A DNA stretch of 49,937 bases, taken from the NCBI GenBank assembly GCA_947175655.1, contig CAMWNQ010000001.1, positions 1 through 49,937 on the forward strand. The letters are read 5' to 3'. Of this stretch, positions 1 to 10,560 are shown piece by piece; positions within the stretch are counted from its first letter, which is position 1, and each line of letters opens with the position of its first letter. Source of the stretch: an uncultured Clostridia bacterium. Lineage in GTDB: Bacteria > Bacillota > Clostridia > Oscillospirales > Ruminococcaceae. Position numbers and translations under genes: made by a program. The notes beneath the pieces were generated by a model. The model had not been told where the DNA came from. It was given only the letters and a program-made list of their open reading frames with translations, and ran no database searches.

Positions 1-69
1 ACTGGATCATAACATGATTTTGAGGATTCTTAATGAAAATTGATTTCCGTGTGAATTAATAAATATTTC

Positions 70-98
70 TTGCATTTACATATAAAAAATGCTATAAT
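70..98 (+). promoter_or_regulatory. sigma-A promoter for fhs-tsaE-tsaB
   Basis: TTGCAT (70-75), 17-nt spacer, TGcTATAAT extended -10 (93-98); GGAGG RBS before ATG 131. Confidence 0.7.
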
Positions 99-130
99 AA
101 TACTATTATTAAACGGAGGTTGATAAACAT

Positions 131-1807
131 ATGTTGTCAGATATTGAAATTGCTAAAAATGCAGAAATGAAGAGAATAGATGAAATTGCCGGAAAACTCG
201 GAATTTCTTCAGAAAGTCTGGAGCCTTATGGACATTATAAAGCTAAACTTTCAGAATCTCTTTATTCTGAACTAAAATCCAAACCAGATGGCAAACTTAT
301 ACTTGTAACTGCAATAAATCCTACTCCGGCAGGTGAAGGAAAAACAACAGTAAGTGTCGGGCTTGCCGAATCAATGGCTAAAATAGGAAAAAAAGCTGTA
401 CTTGCACTCCGTGAACCTTCATTAGGGCCTGTTTTCGGAATAAAAGGCGGTGCAGCAGGCGGAGGATATTCTCAGGTAGTTCCTATGGAAGAAATAAATC
501 TGCATTTTACAGGTGATATGCACGCTATAACATCAGCAAATAATCTTCTTTGTGCTGTTATCGACAATCATCTTCAGCAGGGAAACGAACTCCGTATAGA
601 CCAGAGACGAATTATGTTTAAAAGATGCCTTGATATGAATGACCGTGCATTGAGAAATATTATAGTAGGACTTGGCGGAAAAATAAATGGTGTACCTCGT
701 GAAGACGGTTTTCAGATTACTGTTGCTTCGGAGGTAATGGCAATATTATGTCTCGCAAGTGACCTTGATGACCTTAAACAGCGTCTTGAAAATATACTTG
801 TTGCATATAATCTTGATGGTGAACCAGTATTTGCAGGTCAACTTGGCTGTTGTGGTGCTATGACAGCACTTCTCAAAGATGCTCTTAAACCTAATCTTGT
901 ACAGACTCTTGAAAACAATCCGGCACTTATCCACGGTGGTCCTTTTGCCAATATCGCACACGGATGTAATTCAATAAGAGCAACCAAGCTTGCACTTAAA
1001 CTTGGTGACTACTGCATAACAGAAGCCGGATTCGGTTCTGATTTGGGTGCTGAAAAGTTCTTTGATATAAAATGCCGTTATGGTAATCTTTCACCTGCGT
1101 GTGTAGTAATGGTTGCAACTATAAGAGCTTTGAAATATAACGGAGGAGTTCCAAAAGCTGAACTCTCAGACGAAAATGTTGATGCACTCAGAAAAGGCAT
1201 TGAAAATCTTAAAACTCATATAGAAAATATGTATAAATATCACGTTCCGGTAGTAGTTGCAATAAATAAATTCCATACCGATACAGAAAAGGAAATTGAA
1301 TTTGTTGAAAATTTCTGTAAGAATATGGGCGTAGATGTTTCTATGTGTGAAGTTTTTGCAAAGGGCGGTAACGGAGGTACTGACCTTGCAAAAAAAGTAT
1401 GCGAAACAATCGAACTCTGTGCAGACGGTGACGATTTCAGACCAATATATAAGCTGGATATGCCTGTAAAGGGAAAAATAGAAACTGTTGCATCTGAAAT
1501 TTATCGTGCTGACGGTGTCAATTATACTGCACAGGCTGAAAAGGCTATCAGTGAAATAGAAAATATGGGATTCGGACATCTTCCTGTATGCATTGCAAAA
1601 ACTCAGTATTCACTTTCAGACAATCCGGCACTTCTCGGAAAACCTGAAAACTTCAAAATTACTGTACGTGATGCAAGACTTTCGTCAGGTGCTGGATTCA
1701 TTGTAATATATACCGGTGACATTCTTACTATGCCGGGACTTCCTAAAAAACCATCAGCTATGCAGATCGACTGCGACGGAAACGGTAATATTTCTGGTCT
1801 GTTTTAA
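131..1807 (+). CDS. fhs: formate--tetrahydrofolate ligase
   Basis: 558 aa; [46 protein letters not shown] motifs. Confidence 0.98.
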   Translation: MLSDIEIAKNAEMKRIDEIAGKLGISSESLEPYGHYKAKLSESLYSELKSKPDGKLILVTAINPTPAGEGKTTVSVGLAESMAKIGKKAVLALREPSLGPVFGIKGGAAGGGYSQVVPMEEINLHFTGDMHAITSANNLLCAVIDNHLQQGNELRIDQRRIMFKRCLDMNDRALRNIIVGLGGKINGVPREDGFQITVASEVMAILCLASDLDDLKQRLENILVAYNLDGEPVFAGQLGCCGAMTALLKDALKPNLVQTLENNPALIHGGPFANIAHGCNSIRATKLALKLGDYCITEAGFGSDLGAEKFFDIKCRYGNLSPACVVMVATIRALKYNGGVPKAELSDENVDALRKGIENLKTHIENMYKYHVPVVVAINKFHTDTEKEIEFVENFCKNMGVDVSMCEVFAKGGNGGTDLAKKVCETIELCADGDDFRPIYKLDMPVKGKIETVASEIYRADGVNYTAQAEKAISEIENMGFGHLPVCIAKTQYSLSDNPALLGKPENFKITVRDARLSSGAGFIVIYTGDILTMPGLPKKPSAMQIDCDGNGNISGLF

Positions 1808-1827
1808 ATATAAGGGGTTAATTTAAT

Positions 1828-2250
1828 ATGAAATTTATTACAAAGTCCCCAGAAGAAACTATTCTTACTGCTGAAAAAATTGCAGAAAATCTCAAAGCTG
1901 GAGATGTAATTGCATATAAAGGCGGACTGGGTGCTGGAAAGACTACTTTTACAAGAGGAATAGCAAAGGGTCTCGGATTGGGTGATGTTGTTACCTCTCC
2001 GACCTTTGCACTTGTAAATGAATACAGAGGAAAAAATCTTACACTCTATCATTTTGATATGTACAGGATAGAAAACTCCGAAGATTTGGAATTTACAGGA
2101 TATTATGACTATCCTCTGAAAGAAAATATATTCGCTATAGAATGGTCTGAAAATATTGATGATATCCTTCCAGAAAACACCATATATATAACTATAAATT
2201 ATATAGATGATGATACACGTGAAATTATTATTGAAGGAGGTGAGTTGTAA
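1828..2250 (+). CDS. tsaE: tRNA threonylcarbamoyladenosine biosynthesis ATPase TsaE
   Basis: GGLGAGKTTF P-loop, VTSPTF, YHFDMYR, IEWSE. Confidence 0.96.
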   Translation: MKFITKSPEETILTAEKIAENLKAGDVIAYKGGLGAGKTTFTRGIAKGLGLGDVVTSPTFALVNEYRGKNLTLYHFDMYRIENSEDLEFTGYYDYPLKENIFAIEWSENIDDILPENTIYITINYIDDDTREIIIEGGEL

Positions 2251-2253
2251 AAA

Positions 2254-2949
2254 ATGCTGATACTTGGAATAGATACTTCCGGAAAAACTGCGTCTTCTGC
2301 CGTATATGACAGTGAACAGAAAGTTTTTCTCTCAGAGGCATCAATATATACACGTCTTACACATTCCCAGATAATAATTTCGCTTTGCAATGATGTCTTA
2401 AAGCGTGCTGAAAAAAATATCAGTGATATTGATATCATAGCAGTTGCGAATGGTCCGGGGTCTTATACGGGATTACGTATCGGAATATCATCTGTAAAGG
2501 CAATGTCTTTTGTAAGCGGTGCGAAAGTATGTGGAATATCAACATTGGAAAGCCTTGCATATAATAACATTGCTTTTCAAGGCATCATATGCTCTGTAAT
2601 AAAAGCAAGAGAAAACCTTGTATATGCCAGTGCTTATTGTCCCAATTCAAAAGGCGTACTGCACAACATAATTGATGAACAGATTATGCCGTCTGATGAT
2701 TTGATACATTTTATCAACACCCAAGAAATGCCTGTACTTCTCTGTGGTGACGGTGCAGAAGATTTATACAATCAAAAATATTCAAAATCCAAATTAAATG
2801 TCAATCTCGCCCCACCTCATACCCGTTTACAGAATGCTTGCGGAATATGTCTTGCTTCACTTTATCACAATCCGGTAACTCCGGAAGATTTAAGCGTATC
2901 ATATATGCAGAAGGTAAAGGCTGAAAAAGATTTGGAAAAACATAAATAA
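2254..2949 (+). CDS. tsaB: tRNA threonylcarbamoyladenosine biosynthesis protein TsaB
   Basis: ILGIDTS N-terminus, GPGSYTGLRIG; follows tsaE. Confidence 0.95.
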   Translation: MLILGIDTSGKTASSAVYDSEQKVFLSEASIYTRLTHSQIIISLCNDVLKRAEKNISDIDIIAVANGPGSYTGLRIGISSVKAMSFVSGAKVCGISTLESLAYNNIAFQGIICSVIKARENLVYASAYCPNSKGVLHNIIDEQIMPSDDLIHFINTQEMPVLLCGDGAEDLYNQKYSKSKLNVNLAPPHTRLQNACGICLASLYHNPVTPEDLSVSYMQKVKAEKDLEKHK

Positions 2950-2954
2950 ACTTC

Positions 2955-2983
2955 TTGATTTTTTTGTCGAAATATGATATAAT
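2955..2983 (+). promoter_or_regulatory. sigma-A promoter for rpiB-upp
   Basis: TTGATT (2955-2960), 17 nt, TGaTATAAT (2978-2983). Confidence 0.7.
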
Positions 2984-3040
2984 TACTTATAGTTTTTTAA
3001 GACTATTTTCTATAATTTAAATCAGGAGGAAAAATTTTTT

Positions 3041-3475
3041 ATGATTGCTATTGGTTGTGACCACGCAGGATATAAACTTAAAGAATTTCTTATAAACGCT
3101 CTTTCCGAAAAGGGATATGAATTCAAAGATATGGGTTGTAATGGTGAACGTTGCGACTATCCGAATATTGCAGAATCCGTTTGTAAAGAAATCAAATCAG
3201 GAAACTGTGACAAGGGTATTTTAATATGCGGTACTGGTATAGGTATGTCAATTGCTGCAAACAAGATAAAGGGAATACGTGCTTCACTCTGTTCTGACTC
3301 TTATTCAACAAAATATACAAGACTTCATAATGATGCTAATGTTATGTGTATGGGTGCAAGGGTTATTGCTTCAGGACTCGCTGAAGAACTTGCCGAAATA
3401 TTCCTCACAACAAACTTTGAAGGCGGTCGCCATCAGCAGAGAATAGACCTTATTACAAATCTTGAAAACAATTAA
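3041..3475 (+). CDS. rpiB: ribose 5-phosphate isomerase B
   Basis: IGCDHAG, DYP, CGTGIGMSIAANK, HNDAN, FEGGRH. Confidence 0.96.
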   Translation: MIAIGCDHAGYKLKEFLINALSEKGYEFKDMGCNGERCDYPNIAESVCKEIKSGNCDKGILICGTGIGMSIAANKIKGIRASLCSDSYSTKYTRLHNDANVMCMGARVIASGLAEELAEIFLTTNFEGGRHQQRIDLITNLENN

Positions 3476-3508
3476 GAATTATTAAATAATTATGCATTAT
3501 AAATTATA
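3470..3508. repeat. 7-bp lattice array (degenerate), overlaps rpiB stop
   Basis: AATTAAG AATTATT aaat AATTATG CATTATA AATTATA. Confidence 0.75.
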
Positions 3509-3526
3509 TAAAAGGAGGTTTTTAAA

Positions 3527-4156
3527 ATGGCTGGATTACACATTATTGAACACCCACTTATTCAGCATAAAATCTCTCTTATGAGAGATAAAAACACAGG
3601 CACTAAGGAATTCAGAGAACTGGTTTCAGAAATAGCTATGCTTATATGCTATGAAGCTACAAGAGATTTACCTCTTAAAGAAATCGAACTCGAAACTCCG
3701 CTTGCAGTTGCAAAATCAAAAATCATATCAGGAAGAAAAATGGCTTTTGTTCCGATTCTCCGTGCCGGACTCGGAATGACAGACGGTATCACTACACTTA
3801 TACCTGCTGCCAAAATAGGACATATCGGACTTTTCCGTGACCCTGATACTCATAAGCCTGTAAAATATTATTCAAAGTTCCCTGATGATATTTCAGAGCG
3901 TGATGCTGTAGTTGTTGACCCTATGCTTGCAACAGGTTTTTCAGCTTGCACTGCTATTGATGAACTTAAAGCACTTGGTGTTACAAATATCAAGTTTATG
4001 TGTATTATATGCTGTCCTGAAGGTGTTGAGGCTCTCCAGAAAGCTCATCCTGATGTTGATATCTATGCAGGAATTATGGACGAATGCCTTAATGAAAATA
4101 AATTTATTGTCCCTGGCGTAGGAGATGCCGGCGACAGAATGTTTGGTACAAAGTAA
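3527..4156 (+). CDS. upp: uracil phosphoribosyltransferase
   Basis: [41 protein letters not shown]. Confidence 0.97.
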   Translation: MAGLHIIEHPLIQHKISLMRDKNTGTKEFRELVSEIAMLICYEATRDLPLKEIELETPLAVAKSKIISGRKMAFVPILRAGLGMTDGITTLIPAAKIGHIGLFRDPDTHKPVKYYSKFPDDISERDAVVVDPMLATGFSACTAIDELKALGVTNIKFMCIICCPEGVEALQKAHPDVDIYAGIMDECLNENKFIVPGVGDAGDRMFGTK

Positions 4157-4160
4157 TTTT

Positions 4161-4197
4161 AAATCCCTCTTCTTTTTAAAGGAGAGGGATTTTTTTT
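4161..4197 (+). terminator. intrinsic terminator after upp, between convergent upp and pyk
   Basis: aaatccctcttcttt / aaaggagagggattt stem followed by T-tract. Confidence 0.85.
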
Positions 4198-4228
4198 AAT
4201 TTATAATTAATAATTATAAATTATGCAC
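4198..4228. repeat. 7-bp lattice array downstream of pyk stop
   Basis: AATTTAT AATTAAT AATTATA AATTATG CAC in register. Confidence 0.75.
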
Positions 4229-4233
4229 TATCT

Positions 4234-5664
4234 TTAATACTGAATTCCGATTTTTTCAACTTTCATAAGATTTGTAGTTCCGGATATTCCGATAGGAACT
4301 CCGGCTGTTATAACTGCAATATCACCTGATTCAACAAGATTACGTTCTTCAGCAGTCTCAACAGCAACTGCAAAAAGTTCATCTGTATTTGACTTTTCAT
4401 CTATAACATATGGAATTATCCCCCAACTGAGATTGAGCTGTCTGCATACTTTTTCACTTGTTGTACAGCCTATAATCATAGCCTGAGGTCTGTACTTTGA
4501 AATAAGTCTTGCAGTTCCTCCACCTTTTGTTACTGTTATAATAGCCTTTGCATTGAGGTCGTGTGCAGTTGTTACAGTAGCATGTGCAATTGCATCAGCT
4601 ATACTGTTTGTTGCATCTGATTTTGAATTCAAGAACTGATGTATATAATCAATATCCTTTTCAGTAGTTTCTGCTATGAGTGCCATTGTCTTCACGGCAT
4701 CTATTGGAAAAGCTCCAGCAGCTGTCTCACCGGAAAGCATTATTGCACTTGTTCCATCATATATGGCATTAGCAACGTCAGTTATTTCGGCTCTTGTAGG
4801 ACGTGGATTTGTAATCATTGATTCAAGCATCTGAGTTGCTGTTATCACCTGTTTACCTGCTCTGTAACCCTTATATATAAGTGTTTTCTGGATTGCCGGA
4901 ATCTTTTCAAAAGGTATCTCAACGCCCATATCACCTCTGGCAATCATAATACCGTCGGCAGCATCGATAATTTCATCGATATTGTCAACGCCGTCACTGT
5001 TTTCAATCTTTGCAATAATTCTGACATCAAACCAACCAAGACTTTGCGTGAATTTTCTGAGATAATGTATATCAGCTGACGACCTTACAAAACTTGCAGC
5101 AATAAAATCAAAACCCATTTTTGCACCAAATTCAAGGTCATTAATATCGTTGTCGCTCAAATATGGCATAGAAAGCTTTACTCCTGGAACATTTATGCCC
5201 TTATTATTGGAAAGTGTACCCCCGTGAACAACTCGGCATATAATATCATTTCCGGATATCTTTTCTGTACAGAGTTCTATAACACCGTCATTTATAAGAA
5301 TCTGAGTTCCTTTTTTTACATCACGTGGAAGATTTTTAAATGAAATACTACCTCTTTTATTGTCACATATAACGTCATCAGTAGTAAGAATATAAGTATC
5401 TCCGTCATAAATTTCAACAGGCTTGTTATCAGCAAATTTTCCGAGTCTTATTTCTGGACCTTTTGTATCAAGAAGTGTTGCTATAGGAAGATTTAATTCT
5501 TCTCTAAGCTTTACAACCTGTTCAAAACGTTTTCTGTGGATTTCATAATCTCCGTGTGAAAAATTAAATCTGGCAACATTCATACCGTTAAGCATCAGTT
5601 CACGCATAACAGATTCATCATCAGTGGCAGGGCCTATAGTACAAATAATTTTGGTTTTTCTCAT
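4234..5664 (-). CDS. pyk: pyruvate kinase
   Basis: RKTKIICTIGP, RFNFSHG, DTKGPEIR, MIARGDMG, ATQMLESM, MLSGETA. Confidence 0.98.
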   Translation of the reverse strand: MRKTKIICTIGPATDDESVMRELMLNGMNVARFNFSHGDYEIHRKRFEQVVKLREELNLPIATLLDTKGPEIRLGKFADNKPVEIYDGDTYILTTDDVICDNKRGSISFKNLPRDVKKGTQILINDGVIELCTEKISGNDIICRVVHGGTLSNNKGINVPGVKLSMPYLSDNDINDLEFGAKMGFDFIAASFVRSSADIHYLRKFTQSLGWFDVRIIAKIENSDGVDNIDEIIDAADGIMIARGDMGVEIPFEKIPAIQKTLIYKGYRAGKQVITATQMLESMITNPRPTRAEITDVANAIYDGTSAIMLSGETAAGAFPIDAVKTMALIAETTEKDIDYIHQFLNSKSDATNSIADAIAHATVTTAHDLNAKAIITVTKGGGTARLISKYRPQAMIIGCTTSEKVCRQLNLSWGIIPYVIDEKSNTDELFAVAVETAEERNLVESGDIAVITAGVPIGISGTTNLMKVEKIGIQY

Positions 5665-5703
5665 AAGAAAAGCTCCTTTTAAATTTTGATTATATTTATA
5701 TTT

Positions 5704-8055
5704 TTATTTTTTCTTTACAAATTTTGGAGTCATTCGTTTAACTCCGGCATTCTCAAAAGCTATTTCAAGAATAACATTATTTTTATCCACCTCTGAAACT
5801 GAAATAACTTTACCTTCTCCGAAAATTTTATGGACAACTGTATCACATATTTTAAAGCTTACATCAGAATGTTCAGTTTTTGAGACAACTGCCCTGTTTC
5901 TGAGCATCTGCTGTTGAAGAGGTATCGACTGTACAGCTGTTACATCCTTATAATTTGAATTTCTGTGTTTTCTTGAAGAATTTTCCTTCTTTTCAACAAA
6001 ATTCATATCTATTTCTTTTATAAATCTTGATGTTATATTGGGACGTGTCTGACCGAAAAGTGTTCTTGTACCTGCACTTGATATATAAAGCTGTTTTTTA
6101 GCACGTGTTATAGCAACATATGCAAGTCTTCTTTCTTCCTCTATATCATCTTCACTATCAAAAGCTCTTGAACTCGGGAAAAGACCGTCTTCCATTCCTA
6201 TGATGAATACATTATCAAATTCAAGTCCCTTTGCAGAATGAACAGTCATAAGCGTTACACAATCAGTGTTTGATTTGTCCCTGTCAGCTTCACTGTAGAG
6301 TGCAACTTCTTCAAGGAAACCATTAAGATTGCCATCCGGATTTTCTTTGAGATATTCAAGCACATTAGTTTTTAATTCCTTAATGTTTTCCAGACGTTCA
6401 GCACCTTCATCACCCATAGATTTAAGCATATTGAGATAGCCTGTTTTTGATACAACTTCATCAATAAAATCAACAAGTGGAATTGTGTTCACCTTTTCAT
6501 TAAGCAAATCAAAAATTCCGGCAACATTTTTAAGCTGTACCGCCTTTTTTGATATAGGCGGATATTCACTCGCATTTCTCATTACTTCAATAGGAGAAAT
6601 CTGTAAATCACGGCATATCTCTTCTATAAGTGAAACAGTTGCATCACCGATTCCCCTTTTTGGTTCATTTACAATTCTTTTGAATCTAAGCATATCAAAA
6701 GGGTTGTTTATAACATTAAGATATGCTGTAATATCTTTTATTTCCTTACGGTCAAAGAATCTCATACCGCCAAAAATCTTATAAGGAATGTTATTCTTTA
6801 CAAGACACTTTTCTATATTATTTGACTGTGCATTCATTCTATACAGAATAGCATTGTTATTATATCTGTTATCTTTTTTGAAGCTGGATTTTATCTGATT
6901 TACAACAAATTCTGATTCATCATTTTCATCAAGTGATTTATACCATATGATTCTGTTGCCTTCAGCTGAATCAGTCCAGAGAGTTTTTGACTTTCTCTGA
7001 TTATTATTTCTTATAAGAGAATTTGCAACGTTGAGAATATTCTTTGTCGAACGATAATTCTGTTCAAGTCTTATAGTTACTGTATTTTTAAACTGCTCTT
7101 CAAAATTGAGAATATTTTTAATGTCTGCCCCTCTGAACTTATAAATGCTTTGGTCGTCATCACCTACAACACATATATTCTGATGACCTGATGAAAGAAG
7201 TGATACAAATTTAAACTGTGCATAGTTGGTATCCTGATATTCGTCAACCATAATATATTTATATATGTTTCTGTAATATTCAAGCACATCAGGACAGGAC
7301 TCAAAAAGCATAACAGCAAAAAGAATAATATCATCAAAATCCAAAGCGTTAGCCTCTTTCATTCTCATCTGATAGCTGGCATATATTCTTGCAACAGTCT
7401 TTGAACGATAATTACTGCCGGCATTATCAAGAACCTGTTTTGGTGATTCAAGTTTATTTTTGGCAGAACTTATCTCTGAAAGCATCGACTTAGGCGGAAA
7501 ATTCTTTTCCGGTATTTCAAGCTCTGCCATAACTGACTTAATCATTCTCTGACTGTCATCTGAATCATAAATAGTAAAGTTTCTGTCAAAGCCAAGACGG
7601 TCTATATTTCTTCTCAAAATTCTAACACAGGCAGAATGAAATGTTGATGCATTCACATTCAGACCGTCTTGTCCGAGTTTGAGTTCAAGACGCTTTTTCA
7701 ATTCTCCGGCAGCTTTATTTGTAAAAGTAATAGCAAGTATATTTTTAGGATTGACTGGTGAAACGGCAATAGCATCACGTAACTGGTCTTCATTTATATT
7801 GATGCCTTTAAGATATGATTCAACAATTTTTTCATCATAAATATTTCCGGAGGATTCATCATTATAAGCATCTCCGAATTTTATAAGATTTATAATTCTG
7901 TTAATCAAAACCGTGGTTTTTCCACTTCCTGCTCCTGCAAGTATAAGCAGAGGGCCTTTTACCTGAAATACGGCTTTTCTCTGCATCTCGTTCAGACCTG
8001 AAAAATATTTTTCAAGAGCCTTTCTTTTTAAATTGATAAAAGATTCATTTTTCAT
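5704..8055 (-). CDS. pcrA: ATP-dependent DNA helicase PcrA (UvrD family)
   Basis: AGAGSGKT, TFTNKAA, VDEYQD, VGDDDQSIY, LEQNYRS, TVHSAKGLEF, EERRLAYVAITRAK; C-terminal VVHKIFGEG domain. Confidence 0.95.
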   Translation of the reverse strand: MKNESFINLKRKALEKYFSGLNEMQRKAVFQVKGPLLILAGAGSGKTTVLINRIINLIKFGDAYNDESSGNIYDEKIVESYLKGININEDQLRDAIAVSPVNPKNILAITFTNKAAGELKKRLELKLGQDGLNVNASTFHSACVRILRRNIDRLGFDRNFTIYDSDDSQRMIKSVMAELEIPEKNFPPKSMLSEISSAKNKLESPKQVLDNAGSNYRSKTVARIYASYQMRMKEANALDFDDIILFAVMLFESCPDVLEYYRNIYKYIMVDEYQDTNYAQFKFVSLLSSGHQNICVVGDDDQSIYKFRGADIKNILNFEEQFKNTVTIRLEQNYRSTKNILNVANSLIRNNNQRKSKTLWTDSAEGNRIIWYKSLDENDESEFVVNQIKSSFKKDNRYNNNAILYRMNAQSNNIEKCLVKNNIPYKIFGGMRFFDRKEIKDITAYLNVINNPFDMLRFKRIVNEPKRGIGDATVSLIEEICRDLQISPIEVMRNASEYPPISKKAVQLKNVAGIFDLLNEKVNTIPLVDFIDEVVSKTGYLNMLKSMGDEGAERLENIKELKTNVLEYLKENPDGNLNGFLEEVALYSEADRDKSNTDCVTLMTVHSAKGLEFDNVFIIGMEDGLFPSSRAFDSEDDIEEERRLAYVAITRAKKQLYISSAGTRTLFGQTRPNITSRFIKEIDMNFVEKKENSSRKHRNSNYKDVTAVQSIPLQQQMLRNRAVVSKTEHSDVSFKICDTVVHKIFGEGKVISVSEVDKNNVILEIAFENAGVKRMTPKFVKKK

Positions 8056-8296
8056 ATTATTATTACCCCATTCAAAAATATAATTTTTGTGACATAATTT
8101 ACGCCTTCAGAGGTGGTGGCGTTTTTAAAAAATTAAATGTTTTTCATTCGGCAGTTAACACAACAGTATCTATTATATCATATTTTTTGCGTTATGCAAA
8201 TACCTTACAATTTATTTTTTATTATAACATATTTTTTTGTTTCAATCCACGTGATTCTACATGACATAGAATAAAAAGCACTCTTCTATGTATTAT

Positions 8297-8325
8297 AGTA
8301 TACCACATTATTTTTATAATGTCAA
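8297..8325 (-). promoter_or_regulatory. sigma-A promoter facing pcrA (distal)
   Basis: minus strand TTGACA, 17 nt, TGgTATACT; a second weaker promoter (TGaTATAAT at 8172-8180) lies closer to pcrA. Confidence 0.6.
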
Positions 8326-8355
8326 AGACTATATTATATTGCTTCGGAGCATAAG

Positions 8356-8376
8356 AATTCAAAATTATGAATTATA
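8356..8376. repeat. short 7-bp lattice array between divergent promoters
   Basis: AATTCAA AATTATG AATTATA. Confidence 0.55.
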
Positions 8377-8383
8377 ATTCCTA

Positions 8384-8413
8384 TTGACTTTTTACTGTAA
8401 TATAGTGTATAAT
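8384..8413 (+). promoter_or_regulatory. sigma-A promoter for TSCPD gene and DUF218 gene
   Basis: TTGACT (8384-8389), 18 nt, TATAAT (8408-8413). Confidence 0.6.
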
Positions 8414-8450
8414 AAAGACATATTAAAAAATGAAAGGAATGACCTATTTT

Positions 8451-8693
8451 ATGGAATACACATATGTGCCGAGCGGAGTTTGCTCAAGAATGATTACTTT
8501 TGAAGTTGAAAATGAAATTGTTTCAAATGTAAAGTTCATAGGTGGATGTAACGGAAATCTCAAAGGACTTGCAAGTCTTGCAGAAGGAATGAATATTCAT
8601 GATGTAATCGAAAAACTTGAAGGAATCAAATGTGGTATGAAACAGACTTCCTGTCCTGACCAGTTTTCACAGGCTCTTAAACAAGCATTATAA
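8451..8693 (+). CDS. TIGR03905-like TSCPD-domain protein
   Basis: YVPSGVCS, FIGGCNGN, GIKCG, TSCPDQ; start placed at MEYTY (ORF track starts at 8430). Confidence 0.88.
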   Translation: MEYTYVPSGVCSRMITFEVENEIVSNVKFIGGCNGNLKGLASLAEGMNIHDVIEKLEGIKCGMKQTSCPDQFSQALKQAL

Positions 8694-8696
8694 AAA

Positions 8697-9476
8697 ATGC
8701 ATCTGAACCTAATACACATTTTAATTGTTCTTCTTTTTATTCTTCTTGCATTATTTATCGCCCCTTTTTTTGCAGGTATATTCAACATGGGAAATATTGC
8801 CGGAATAATTATGACATCTGCTTTGATTTTCGTATCTTTAAAATACAGATGGATTTATGGTTCTGTCATTGTTCCTTTAAAAAATACTCTTTCAGGCAGA
8901 ATCATTCTGAGCCTGTCGGGTATATTATTAATAGCAGGAATATCAGTTCTAATTATAATAAATTGCTTTATGATATCAAATCTTAATAACAAACCCAGAA
9001 ATGCAAATTCAACAGTAATAGTCCTCGGCTGTAAAGTAAAAGGGACAAGCCCCTCACTTATGCTTAGAAGACGACTGGATTCTGCTTATAAATATCTGTC
9101 CGAAAATCCCAAAGTGAAAGTCATTGTTTCAGGCGGAAAAGGTTCTGATGAAAAAATAAGCGAGGCTGAATGTATGTCAGATTATCTTATTCAAAAAGGC
9201 ATATCACCTGACAGAATCTTTAAAGAAGACAAATCCACATCAACATCTGAAAATCTCAGGTTTTCAAAAGATATTATAGATAAATACAATCTTTCAAATA
9301 ATATAACTATAGTTACTGACGGATACCACCAGACAAGAGCCAGAATGATTGCAGAAAAAATCGGATATGATAATATTACCAGCATTTCTGCTCCTACTTC
9401 ACAATGGCTTATACCTACTTATTGGGTAAGAGAATGGTTTGGGATAATCCAGCAGTTCTGTATAAATATTTTCTGA
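8697..9476 (+). CDS. YdcF/DUF218 (ElyC/SanA-like) membrane protein
   Basis: N-terminal TM helices; IVLG, VSGGKG..SEAECM, EDKSTSTSEN, VTDGYH..RA motifs. Confidence 0.88.
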   Translation: MHLNLIHILIVLLFILLALFIAPFFAGIFNMGNIAGIIMTSALIFVSLKYRWIYGSVIVPLKNTLSGRIILSLSGILLIAGISVLIIINCFMISNLNNKPRNANSTVIVLGCKVKGTSPSLMLRRRLDSAYKYLSENPKVKVIVSGGKGSDEKISEAECMSDYLIQKGISPDRIFKEDKSTSTSENLRFSKDIIDKYNLSNNITIVTDGYHQTRARMIAEKIGYDNITSISAPTSQWLIPTYWVREWFGIIQQFCINIF

Positions 9477-9480
9477 TTTC

Positions 9481-9510
9481 AAACGGATACTATATGTGTC
9501 CGTTTTTTCT
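9481..9510 (+). terminator. intrinsic terminator
   Basis: aaacggatac-tatat-gtgtccgttt followed by T-rich tract. Confidence 0.75.
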
Positions 9511-9531
9511 TTTTTCTTTTTACTTTTATCC

Positions 9532-9560
9532 TTGATTTTTTTATGTTGTAATGATATAAT
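9532..9560 (+). promoter_or_regulatory. sigma-A promoter for moxR operon
   Basis: TTGATT (9532-9537), 17 nt, TGaTATAAT (9555-9560). Confidence 0.7.
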
Positions 9561-9601
9561 AGAAATCGTGAAACAATATAATACAGGAGTGATTAAAAAA
9601 A

Positions 9602-10558
9602 ATGAGTGCGAATTTTCATACATCTCAAATTAATAAAATAGTAAGTGAAGTAAAAAAAGCTGTTATCGGAAAAGATACGGTTATAGTCAAAACTCTCCTT
9701 GCAATGCTCTGTAAAGGTCATATACTGATAGAAGACATACCAGGGGTAGGAAAAACTACTCTTGCCCTTGCATTTTCAAAAGCTCTCGGTCTTAAACATA
9801 ACAGAATGCAGTTTACACCTGATGTTCTCCCGTCAGATGTCACGGGTTTCAACGTCTATAATAAGCTGAAAGGAAGTTTTGAATTCAAGGAAGGTTCAGC
9901 ATTCTGCAATCTGTTTCTTGCGGACGAGATAAACAGAACTTCAAGTAAAACACAATCAGCTCTTCTTGAACTTATGGAAGAAAAAAATATTACTGTTGAC
10001 GGAGTTACTTACAAGCTCCCTGAACCTTATACAGTCATTGCTACACAGAATCCGGTAGGCTCTGCCGGAACACATCTGCTTCCGGAATCACAGCTTGACC
10101 GTTTTATGATAAAATTAAGTATGGGCTATCCGACTATAGACGGTGAAGTTGCAATTCTGAAAGCTAAATATAATTCAAATCCTTTGAGCTATGTACAACA
10201 GGCAGTTAATACTGATATGCTTCTTGAAATTCAGGAAGCAGTCACAAATGTATACATAGATGACAAAATATATTTATATATTGTAAGCATCGCCAATGCA
10301 ACAAGAAATCATCCGCTTATAAAACTTGGAATAAGTCCGAGGGGTACTCTTGCACTTATGAATATATCAAAAGGCATAGCTCTTGCTATGGGACGTGATT
10401 ATGTAATACCTGATGATGTAAGCTATATATGCAGTGATGTATTTGCACACAGAATAGTTTTGAATTCAAAGGCAAAGCTTAATGAAAAAACTGCTGACGA
10501 AATAATAATCGATATCCTCAAATCAGAACCCGTTCCGAAAATTATAGGCGGTAAGTAA
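9602..10558 (+). CDS. MoxR family AAA+ ATPase
   Basis: EDIPGVGKT, RMQFTPDVLPSDVTG, LADEINR, TQSALLE, ATQNP, LPESQLDRF. Confidence 0.95.
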   Translation: MSANFHTSQINKIVSEVKKAVIGKDTVIVKTLLAMLCKGHILIEDIPGVGKTTLALAFSKALGLKHNRMQFTPDVLPSDVTGFNVYNKLKGSFEFKEGSAFCNLFLADEINRTSSKTQSALLELMEEKNITVDGVTYKLPEPYTVIATQNPVGSAGTHLLPESQLDRFMIKLSMGYPTIDGEVAILKAKYNSNPLSYVQQAVNTDMLLEIQEAVTNVYIDDKIYLYIVSIANATRNHPLIKLGISPRGTLALMNISKGIALAMGRDYVIPDDVSYICSDVFAHRIVLNSKAKLNEKTADEIIIDILKSEPVPKIIGGK

Positions 10559-10560
10559 TT

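Noticed and set aside
8101-8126. Hairpin acgcc...ggcgt with T-tract in the pcrA leader
   Set aside because: The stem is only about 5-6 bp, the T-tract is on the strand opposite pcrA, and I recognise no riboswitch motif.
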